From NCBI GenBank assembly GCA_963813815.1, contig CAWFAD010000007.1:64001-128000 (forward strand): 64,000 nt of DNA. Reading direction: 5' to 3'. This document shows, piece by piece, positions 9,348 to 17,433 of this stretch. Source of the stretch: an uncultured bacterium. GTDB lineage: Bacteria; Krumholzibacteriota; Krumholzibacteriia; Krumholzibacteriales; Krumholzibacteriaceae. Under the pieces are notes generated by a model, which was not told the origin of the DNA, did not search any database, and saw only the letters and a program-made list of their open reading frames with translations. The number at the start of each line of letters is the position of its first letter. Positions within the stretch are counted from its first letter, which is position 1. Position numbers and translations under genes: made by a program.

Positions 9348-12300
9348 ATGAACGTGACGACCACGGGACGCGCTCGGCATTACCGCACACACCCTGCCCC
9401 CGGGCGAATTCTCCGTGCCCTTATCCTTCTCTCGTGCGCCGTCTCCGGCGCGGCATCCGCGCAGACCCTCGACGTCGATCTCGAGCGGATGTCCTCTCTC
9501 ATGGGTCTGCGGTACTACATCGCCGAGCACGGCGAGCTCCCTCCCGGGTACATCCTCCTCGGCGACGTTGGCCTTCGGCCCGGCTTCCTCGAAGCCGATT
9601 TCGAACATCGCCGCGACGTCGTCGAGTTCGACGACGAGATGGGGCTCGTCTTCCGATTCCGCGTTCCGGGCGAGTATCGTTTCCTGCGGAAAGAGGGGCG
9701 GAGCGACCTTTTCTATTTTCTGGAGCCCCGCGATCTCGATATCCCCGGTCTCTCCGTGTCGATCGAGGGAATCGACGAGATTCTCCGGCGGACCCGCGCC
9801 TCCTCCGCGCGGGCGGCCTGGCTCGAGGAGGTCCGCTACGGCCTCCGGCGCGAACGCCTCGAGAAATCGGGCAAGGGGCTTCTCTCCCTCGACATTCCCA
9901 TCGCCCTCCCGAAATCGATCGAGCGCATCATCGGCAGGGGCGAGGAGACCAATCTCACCGTGCAGGGCAGCGAGCGCATCGCGATATCGGGCACGTCGAA
10001 CTGGTGCTCGAACTGCCCCCGCACCGAGGGGCAGCCGAATCAGGAGAAGTTTCCGGACCTCGATCTCGACCAGCAGCTCAGCGTGAGTCTCCGCGGCACG
10101 ATCGGCGAGAAGATCAACGTGGAGATACAGCACAGCAGCGTGGGGGAGGGCGTGCCCTCGACGAACCGCGTGCGCATCAACTACCGCGGCTTCGACGACG
10201 ACATCATCAAGCTCATCGAGATGGGCGACACCGAGTTGAGCCTCCAGGGTTCGCAGCTCGTGAGCTACTCCGGAGCGGCGAAGGGGCTTTTCGGCGTCAA
10301 GGCGATGGCGCAGGCGGGGCCGCTCGATCTCACCGTCATCGCGAGCAAGGAGGAAGGGGAGTCGGTCTCGGGGCATTACGCGCAGTCGGGCGGGCAGAGC
10401 ACGACGATCAGGATTCAGGACATCGATTTCATCAAGCGTCAGTTCTTCTACTTCGAGAACCCCGGACCGGATCTCTCCGATCCTCGGCCCGGCTTTCTCG
10501 GCGTCTACGGCGTGTACGGATCGACCGATCCGCTCTTCCCCGTCGTCGGCGGGACCTCCGGTGACTCGCTCGAGGTGTTCGTGTCGCTCGTCGGCGACGA
10601 ATACGTGAACGGGCCGGATCAGTACCGGGTCACCGGATACATCGACGCGCTCAATAACGGCATCGGCGACGACGAGATCGTCTTCGAGGCGGTTCCGTGC
10701 CGGCAGCTCTACGAGGGGACCGATTACGAGCTCATACAGGTGTACGGGCTCGAGGGAAATCCGAAGTACGTGGCGATCCGGCTTTCGCGGCCGCTCGACT
10801 CCGGCAGGAACCTGCTCGTGCGCTACAAGGCGCAGAATCTGAGCGGGGAAGAGGCGTTCGTCGTCGGAGATTACGGGCAGTGGGCCGAGACGCCGTTCAA
10901 GGCGGAGATTCTCTGCCGCGACGCCAACAACTCCGTCGGGACCGACGAGACGTGGCACCTCATGATGCGGAACGTGTACTCGGTCGGAAGGCTGAGCTCG
11001 GAGGCGACGATCGACCTCCAGATCCAGGATCTCGACAACCGGGACAACCGCTACATCCACCTCGAGTCCGGCGTTCCGTACCTGCGCCTGTTCGGGCTCG
11101 ATCAATACAATCAAATCGGCGAACGCGTGAGCGACGGCCGTTTCGACGCGGCGGTTCCGGGAGTTCTCGACCGCTCGACCGGATTTCTCATGATTCCGTG
11201 GTACCGGCCGTTCGATCCCGATTCGGCGTTCATCGCCTCCTTCCTCGATCCGGCCGACGAGCTCGAGGCGGGCTTCGTCTACGGAACGCTCGACCGGGAC
11301 GCCGAGCTCTACCAGAGGGTGCTCACGGGGACGGATCTCGACCGGAACCACCAGTACGACATCGTCCTTCAGGCCTCGAGCGGGCGGCGGAGCATCCAGC
11401 TCGCCGCGTACGACATCATCGAGGGAAGCGAGGTCGTCTCGGTGAACGGCTCGCGGCTCGCGCGCGGCACCGACTACGACATCGATTACCTGAGCGGCGA
11501 GGTCACCATCAAGGCGGACATACCGCCCGACTCGCGCATCAGCGTCGATTACCAGTACAAGCCGCTCTTCGGCGGTGGAAAGAACTCGCTGCTCGGCGTC
11601 GGCGCGAACCTCAACTTCTCGCAGAACTCGCGGCTGAGCGGCACGTTTCTCTACAGCTCGATGGGCGCCCCCAAGTACGCGCCGCGCGTCGGCGAGGAGC
11701 CTTCGCGGACGATGGTGGGGGACCTCAACGGCTCGTTCCTCTTCACGCCGGGATGGATGACCGGCCTCGCCAACCTCCTTCCGCGGGTCGACACGGACGC
11801 CAAGAGCACGCTCAACCTGGGGGGCGAGGTGGCGATGAGCTTCCCCAACCCGAACGTGAAGGGAGAGGCGATCATCGACGACATGGAGGGGGTGTCGGAG
11901 AGCAACCAGGTGAGCATGCTGAGGCGCTCGTGGTTTCCGGCGAGCCTTCCGTACGACTCGACCGGCGCGCAGCGACCCGACTCGAACCGCGTGGAGCAGT
12001 TCTTCTACTACAACGCGGCGCGCACCCCCCAGCAGGAGTATTTCATCACGAGCCGGCGCGATCTCAACCCCGATCTCGACCCGCGGGAGAACGCAACCGT
12101 CACGACGCTCTTTTTCGACGCGGTCTATCCCGGCGCCGCGACGCCGGGACAATGGGCCGGCGTCATGGCTGCCTTTCCGGCGAGCCTGGATCTCTCGACC
12201 GCGCAGTACGTCGAGATTTGGGTGAACGATTTCCAGACGGACCCCTCCGCGCGCGGGGGAAGGGTGCACATCGATTTCGGGAGCATCGACGAGGATTTCT

Positions 12301-15300
12301 ACAAGCCCGATCCGGACAGCAGATTCCCCAACGACGAGAAGAAGACGGAATACCCCTGGACGATCGTGGAGGACGTCGGATTCGACGACGATGACTCGAA
12401 GTGCTCCTATCCGACGACGTTCGACGAAGGAACCTGGATCGACAGCTTCTACGTCTATGACGGGATCAACTGCCGGAAGGGGAATCAGCTCCGCGACACG
12501 GAGGACCTCAACGGCAACCTCATCCTCGACCGGGAGAGCGCGTACTACACCGTCTCCTTCAATCTCGTCGATTCGGCCCTCATCGACATTCGCCGCGATT
12601 TTCCCCCGGACGACCCGCTCGGCCGCTGGGACGATTACTGGAGCGAGAAGAATCTCAATCCCCGCAAGGCGTGGCGCAAGTACCGGATCGACCTCTCGAA
12701 GATCGCCTCGGTGTTCGAGGCGCCGCCGCTCGAAGCGATCCAGTACGCCCGCATCTGGATCGAGAATCCCGACTCGCTTGTGGCGTTCTCGAAGGCCCGG
12801 CTCATGGAGTTCGCGGAGTTTCAGTTCGTCGGCAGCCGCTGGCAGTACGACGGCATACGCGATTTCGCCGGCGAGGAGATCCCCGTCGATTCGATCGCGG
12901 CGGGGCAGAAGCTCGTCATCGGCACGATCAACAACAAGGACGACCCCACGCGCTACGTGCCGCCGTACGCCGTCGTCGCGGAGGAGGGGATCACGAACCG
13001 GGAGCAGTCGCTCACGCTCACGTACGAGAACTTCGCCGATACGACGGCCTTCCGGATCGTGAAACCGTTCTTCGGCGAGGGGCAGGATTACCAGCAATAC
13101 GAGGACTTCCAGTTCTTCCTGTTTCCGTACGCCTGCGACGACTCGGTCCACTTCTACCTGCAGCTCGCGACCGACGAGAAAAACTACTACGAGATCGAGG
13201 TGCCCGTCGCCCCGGAGAATCAGGGGAGCTGGCGATGGGTGAACGTGCGGTTCGCCGACCTCACGAATCTCAAGATCGCCGGAGGCGGCGAGAGCGTGGA
13301 GGATCTCATCCGGGACAGCGCCGATCCGTCGATCGCGTACGCCGCCCGCGTCGAGGGGAATCCAAGCCTCTTCCGCGTCCGCTATCTCTACGCCGGGCTC
13401 CGCAACCGGTCGGGCGGAGCGATCGAGCGCGGCGAGATCTGGTTCAACGACATCAGGGTCGGCGGCGTGCGGCGCGACATCGATCACGCGGAGCGCTTGA
13501 GCCTCAGCGCCGATTTCGCCGGCATCCTGCAGCTCGTCGGCGGATGGCAGCGGACGGGAGCCGAGTTCCGCTCGCTGCGGCAGAGCCGCGGCGAGGGATA
13601 CACGACGACCAACTTCTCCCTGAACGGCAAGACGGAGATCAATCACTTCATTCCCACGGCGCGCTTCAATCTGCCCGTCACCTTCAATTTCCTCAACGCC
13701 AGCTCGCTTCCCAAGTACGTTCCGAACAGCGACATCGAGATCGCCGAGGCGGCCGTGCGGGACAGCCTCCGGACCCGGAACGAGGTGTTCGGCTTCACCG
13801 TCGGACTCAATCGCCGGGGGTCGACGAACTTCATCATGCGGAACCTGTTCGACAATCTCCGGGCGAACTTCGGATATTCGCGCAGGCGTCTCGCCACCCC
13901 CGCGGTCCGCGACACGACGACGACGATGAACGGAAGCGTCGGTTACCAGCTCCGGTTCGGCACGGCGAGGGAGCTCACGCTCTTCCGCGGAGTCAAATGG
14001 CGGTACTGGCTCTCGAGCCTGAGCTACGAGGGGAGCGCGGGCACCACCTACTCGGAGAACTACACGATAACGGGGGGCGAGCTCGTCAAGCGTCCGACGG
14101 GGAGAGTCGGCAGCTGGACGAACGGCGTCACGACGCTCTACGAGCCCTTCGAGTCGGTGAAGATCAATTTCGGGCTGACCGAGAGACGCGACCTCGCTTC
14201 GAACAACGAGTTTCACGGCATCCCGATCGGATTCGAAAGCGGCTGGGGCCACTCCTTCAACCTCAACTACCAGCCGGGCAGGAACATCTTCATCCTCTCC
14301 GAGCTGAACCCGCGCTTCGAGTACCGGAGCCGCTACGGCGAGGATCTGAATCCGAATCTCCGGCGAACCTGGACGCGAAGGGATACGGTCGTCACCTATC
14401 CCGACGGCGAACCTCCCGACACGTCGTTCGTCGACGTCCTCGTGACCGATCCCGCCGGGACGCGCGGAGTCAACGCCTCGCGCGACATCGCCATCACGCT
14501 CGATTTCGACGTGGGACTCTACCTGAACCGCCTCGGTCAGGCCCTCGGTCTCGCCGAGAAGCGGGACACCCGGCACCTTCCCCGCGCGGGATCGGTTCCC
14601 TCCCGGCCGACGGGGGCGGGGACGTTTCAGGGTCGGCTCGAAGAGCAGCGGCAGCGGGACGAGCTGCGGAAGGAGAACGCCGGCAAGGTCGTCGCGGTCG
14701 AGGAGGAGGGAGGCGCGCCGGCGGGAAAGACCGAGGCTCCCGTGACGCCGCCCCCGGCGGCCGCGGAGGAGAAAAAAGGCGGGCTGAAGGATCTCGGCGT
14801 CGCGAAGCCGCGCGGGGGAGGGGGCGCGCTCGCGGCGGCGGGCGACACGACGGGAGCCGCGGGGGCGGCCGATTCCGTCTCGGCCGCGCCCGACACCTCG
14901 AAGACGCGCGCTCCGGATCCGCTCCTGCCGATGAAGAAGCTCTTCAAGCTGCTCGGCGCCATCGAGCCCGTGAGAACGAACATAACGATGAACCACTTGA
15001 GCAGGTACGACCGGCTCTACCACCGCTCGTCGGCGTTCTATCAGCTCGGTCTCACGGACGAGGCGGGCGCGGCCGGCCCGAACGGGGAGAGCGAGTCGGA
15101 GCCGCTCGAGGCCCGCAACAACGTCGCGGTGGATCTGAGCTCCCGGATGTCGGTCACGCAGGACATCGGAATTGACGTGAAGGCGAGGTTCAACGTGATC
15201 GATTCCGACCGCCAGGGAAAGAAGTCGACGAACACGCAGAACGTCTGGCCGAGCGTCAACGTCAACTGGCGCGGGATGGAGAAGATAGGGCTCATCGGGA

Positions 15301-15809
15301 GGTACGCGAAGCGGAGCGACATCGGCTTCGGATTCGACCGGCGCACCACGCAGGACGCCGTGGGCAACCAGGTGACGTACTCGCTCGCGCCGAACTGGAA
15401 TCTCGAGTGGAAGAACCGCCTCACGAGCAACCTCAGCTTCACCTACAAGAAGTCCACGACGGTGCGGAACGAGCGGGAAAGCTGGGAGTCGAGCTACAGC
15501 GTCAGCCTGAATCTCAAGTACGACGTCGAGGGAAACAAGGGGCTCGGGCTGCCGCTGCCGTTCATCAGGAATAAAAAGTTCAACTTCAAGAGCACGCTCG
15601 CGACGAACGTCGGTCTCGTGTACGCCAGCAGCATCGCGTTCAACCGGCCGCGCGGGAGCTCGATCGGGGTCACGCCGACCATGTCGTACCGCTTCAGCAA
15701 CAGTATCACGGGATCGCTCGGCATCACCTACAACCGCAACTGGGGAGGGCAATACGGCTACGTTTACCAGCAGCTCGGCGTCCGCGTCGAAGCGGATTTC
15801 AAGTTCTGA
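9348..15809 (+). CDS. sprA: SprA/Sov-family large outer-membrane beta-barrel (T9SS translocon homolog), 2153 aa
   Basis: Signal peptide; GTIGEKINVE..NRVRINYRGFDDDIIKLIEMGD..GLFGVK..GPLDLTVIAS; L.RGTDYDIDYLSGEV; IDDMEG; DFGSIDED; DTEDLNGN; GEIWFNDIR; C-terminal beta-strand ending in F. Exact start uncertain. Confidence 0.88.
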   Translation: MNVTTTGRARHYRTHPAPGRILRALILLSCAVSGAASAQTLDVDLERMSSLMGLRYYIAEHGELPPGYILLGDVGLRPGFLEADFEHRRDVVEFDDEMGLVFRFRVPGEYRFLRKEGRSDLFYFLEPRDLDIPGLSVSIEGIDEILRRTRASSARAAWLEEVRYGLRRERLEKSGKGLLSLDIPIALPKSIERIIGRGEETNLTVQGSERIAISGTSNWCSNCPRTEGQPNQEKFPDLDLDQQLSVSLRGTIGEKINVEIQHSSVGEGVPSTNRVRINYRGFDDDIIKLIEMGDTELSLQGSQLVSYSGAAKGLFGVKAMAQAGPLDLTVIASKEEGESVSGHYAQSGGQSTTIRIQDIDFIKRQFFYFENPGPDLSDPRPGFLGVYGVYGSTDPLFPVVGGTSGDSLEVFVSLVGDEYVNGPDQYRVTGYIDALNNGIGDDEIVFEAVPCRQLYEGTDYELIQVYGLEGNPKYVAIRLSRPLDSGRNLLVRYKAQNLSGEEAFVVGDYGQWAETPFKAEILCRDANNSVGTDETWHLMMRNVYSVGRLSSEATIDLQIQDLDNRDNRYIHLESGVPYLRLFGLDQYNQIGERVSDGRFDAAVPGVLDRSTGFLMIPWYRPFDPDSAFIASFLDPADELEAGFVYGTLDRDAELYQRVLTGTDLDRNHQYDIVLQASSGRRSIQLAAYDIIEGSEVVSVNGSRLARGTDYDIDYLSGEVTIKADIPPDSRISVDYQYKPLFGGGKNSLLGVGANLNFSQNSRLSGTFLYSSMGAPKYAPRVGEEPSRTMVGDLNGSFLFTPGWMTGLANLLPRVDTDAKSTLNLGGEVAMSFPNPNVKGEAIIDDMEGVSESNQVSMLRRSWFPASLPYDSTGAQRPDSNRVEQFFYYNAARTPQQEYFITSRRDLNPDLDPRENATVTTLFFDAVYPGAATPGQWAGVMAAFPASLDLSTAQYVEIWVNDFQTDPSARGGRVHIDFGSIDEDFYKPDPDSRFPNDEKKTEYPWTIVEDVGFDDDDSKCSYPTTFDEGTWIDSFYVYDGINCRKGNQLRDTEDLNGNLILDRESAYYTVSFNLVDSALIDIRRDFPPDDPLGRWDDYWSEKNLNPRKAWRKYRIDLSKIASVFEAPPLEAIQYARIWIENPDSLVAFSKARLMEFAEFQFVGSRWQYDGIRDFAGEEIPVDSIAAGQKLVIGTINNKDDPTRYVPPYAVVAEEGITNREQSLTLTYENFADTTAFRIVKPFFGEGQDYQQYEDFQFFLFPYACDDSVHFYLQLATDEKNYYEIEVPVAPENQGSWRWVNVRFADLTNLKIAGGGESVEDLIRDSADPSIAYAARVEGNPSLFRVRYLYAGLRNRSGGAIERGEIWFNDIRVGGVRRDIDHAERLSLSADFAGILQLVGGWQRTGAEFRSLRQSRGEGYTTTNFSLNGKTEINHFIPTARFNLPVTFNFLNASSLPKYVPNSDIEIAEAAVRDSLRTRNEVFGFTVGLNRRGSTNFIMRNLFDNLRANFGYSRRRLATPAVRDTTTTMNGSVGYQLRFGTARELTLFRGVKWRYWLSSLSYEGSAGTTYSENYTITGGELVKRPTGRVGSWTNGVTTLYEPFESVKINFGLTERRDLASNNEFHGIPIGFESGWGHSFNLNYQPGRNIFILSELNPRFEYRSRYGEDLNPNLRRTWTRRDTVVTYPDGEPPDTSFVDVLVTDPAGTRGVNASRDIAITLDFDVGLYLNRLGQALGLAEKRDTRHLPRAGSVPSRPTGAGTFQGRLEEQRQRDELRKENAGKVVAVEEEGGAPAGKTEAPVTPPPAAAEEKKGGLKDLGVAKPRGGGGALAAAGDTTGAAGAADSVSAAPDTSKTRAPDPLLPMKKLFKLLGAIEPVRTNITMNHLSRYDRLYHRSSAFYQLGLTDEAGAAGPNGESESEPLEARNNVAVDLSSRMSVTQDIGIDVKARFNVIDSDRQGKKSTNTQNVWPSVNVNWRGMEKIGLIGRYAKRSDIGFGFDRRTTQDAVGNQVTYSLAPNWNLEWKNRLTSNLSFTYKKSTTVRNERESWESSYSVSLNLKYDVEGNKGLGLPLPFIRNKKFNFKSTLATNVGLVYASSIAFNRPRGSSIGVTPTMSYRFSNSITGSLGITYNRNWGGQYGYVYQQLGVRVEADFKF

Positions 15810-16728
15810 CGAGCGCCGGAAGGCCGGCGCGAGACGCGGGCGCGTTCTCGCGTCTCTCGCCGCGGCTGCCGCGCTCGCCGCCTGCTCCGCGGGCGGAGAG
15901 CCGGTCTTCGACGCCGGGCGCGCGTACGGCTTTCTCGAGGAGCAGTGCGCGATCGGGCCGCGTCATCCGGGCTCGGCGGGGCACCTCGCCGCGCGGGAAT
16001 ACCTCGTCCGCCGCCTGCGTGAGTTCGGCGCGGTCGTCTCGCAGCAGCCGTTCGAGGCCGTGCTCTCGACCGGCGACACGCTCGCGCTCGTGAACATCGT
16101 CGGATCGTACCGTCCCGGGGAGAGACGGCGCGTTCTCCTCGGCGCCCACTACGACACGCGGCCCCGGGCCGAGCGCGATCCCCTCGAGGAGAACCGCGGG
16201 ACTCCGATACCCGGCGCGAACGACGGAGCGAGCGGCGTCGCCGTGCTCCTCGAGATCGCCCGGCTCCTCGGCGAGCGACAGCCGCCCGTCGGCGTCGACA
16301 TCGTCCTCTTCGACGGCGAGGATTACGGCGAGGAGGGCCGGACGGAGGATTACCTGCTCGGCTCGAAGCACTACGCCTCGCGTCTCGGGGACCGTCGCCC
16401 GGAGGCCGTCATCGTCGTGGACATGGTCGGCGAGCGGGGGGCGCGATTCCCGGTCGAGGGGTTCTCGGAGGCCGCCTCCCCGGGGCTCGCGGCGCGCATC
16501 TGGGGCATCGCCCGCGATCTCGGCATCGAGGCGTTCGATCGGCGGCGCGGCCCGGCGATCATCGACGATCATCTGCCCTTCATCCAGGCCGGGCTCGCCG
16601 CGGTGGACATCATCGATTTCGAGTATCCGCACTGGCATACGCTGGCCGACACGCCGGACAAGTGCGACGCCCGAAGTCTCGACGCGGTCGGCCGCGTGCT
16701 CGTCCGGTTTCTCTGGGGCGGGCGGTAG
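15796..16728 (+). CDS. M28-family peptidase / glutaminyl-cyclase-like lipoprotein; start codon unresolved
   Basis: GAHYDTRP, GANDGASGVAVLLE, FDGEDYG, DMVG, DDHLPF and WHT motifs. The frame is open upstream of the called ORF (16060) through FDAGRAY..QC.IGPRHPGS and a lipobox LAAC (Cys codon 15883-15885). No in-frame ATG/GTG/TTG precedes it; ATT 15796 is used as a placeholder start. Confidence 0.8.
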   Translation: MSSSDERRKAGARRGRVLASLAAAAALAACSAGGEPVFDAGRAYGFLEEQCAIGPRHPGSAGHLAAREYLVRRLREFGAVVSQQPFEAVLSTGDTLALVNIVGSYRPGERRRVLLGAHYDTRPRAERDPLEENRGTPIPGANDGASGVAVLLEIARLLGERQPPVGVDIVLFDGEDYGEEGRTEDYLLGSKHYASRLGDRRPEAVIVVDMVGERGARFPVEGFSEAASPGLAARIWGIARDLGIEAFDRRRGPAIIDDHLPFIQAGLAAVDIIDFEYPHWHTLADTPDKCDARSLDAVGRVLVRFLWGGR

Positions 16729-16803
16729 AGCCGGCGTTCCGGGGTGCCTCCGCAAGATTTTCCTTGCTTTCACCCGGGGTTTCCGCTACCTATTACAGCG
16801 TGT

Positions 16804-16831
16804 GTGGGGCGCGGGCGCCCCACTTTGTTTT
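16804..16831 (+). promoter_or_regulatory. rimP-leader-like hairpin followed by a U-rich tract (attenuator/terminator)
   Basis: GTGGGGCG-cggg-CGCCCCAC then TTTGTTTT, about 25 nt before rimP; resembles the conserved GTGGG...CCCAC-T-rich rimP leader. Confidence 0.65.
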
Positions 16832-16854
16832 ATCGCCGCAGCGGGGGGATCCGC

Positions 16855-17367
16855 ATGACGATCGATCGCGCCGTCGAGGAGCTCGTCACCCGTGAGGTCG
16901 AGACGCTCGGATACGAGCTCGTCAAGATCGAGGACTCGTTTTCGGGAGGGCGGGGCACTCTGCGTATTTTCATCGACCGCGAGGGCGCGGTGATCACGAT
17001 CGACGATTGCGTGCGCGTGACGAAATCGGTCGGGCTCGCGCTCGACGGCCTCCCGACGCTGCCGGGACCGTACCGTCTCGAGGTCTCGTCGCCGGGGTCG
17101 TACCGGCCCCTCGCGAAGGCCGCCCACTACGCGCGCTTCGCCGGCGAACGGGCGAGGATTTCGTACCTCGACGAGGCGGGCAAGCGCACGACGGCGATCG
17201 GAACGATCGCGGGGGCGGAAGAGGCGGCGGTCACGATCCGCGCCGATGACGGCGAGCGGACGATTTCGTACGACAGGATTCTCCGCGCGAACCTCCAGCC
17301 GGACGACGGCTCGAGGGAAGAGCCCCGGGGACCGCGCCGCGGCCGGCGGCCGGGACGGCGGGGATAA
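16855..17367 (+). CDS. rimP: ribosome maturation factor RimP
   Basis: LGYELV, LRIFID...ITIDDC, Y.LEVSSPG..RPL; position upstream of nusA. Confidence 0.93.
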   Translation: MTIDRAVEELVTREVETLGYELVKIEDSFSGGRGTLRIFIDREGAVITIDDCVRVTKSVGLALDGLPTLPGPYRLEVSSPGSYRPLAKAAHYARFAGERARISYLDEAGKRTTAIGTIAGAEEAAVTIRADDGERTISYDRILRANLQPDDGSREEPRGPRRGRRPGRRG

Positions 17368-17372
17368 ACGTT

Positions 17373-17401
17373 TTGACTTTGGCGGTGCGCTGCCCTACAA
17401 T
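17373..17401 (+). promoter_or_regulatory. sigma70-like internal promoter for nusA-infB
   Basis: TTGACT-17nt-TACAAT between rimP and nusA. Confidence 0.7.
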
Positions 17402-17433
17402 GCGTTGATTAGCCGACAAGGGAGAAGGATGCG

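Noticed and set aside
9003..15752. 2249-aa antisense ORF and other long antisense or alternate-frame ORFs (e.g. 18597-22124, 36790-40605, 56958-60566, 61482-63929)
   Set aside because: They are shadows of real genes. High-GC codon bias removes stops on the opposite strand, and the translations are Arg/Pro/Ala-rich without recognisable motifs.
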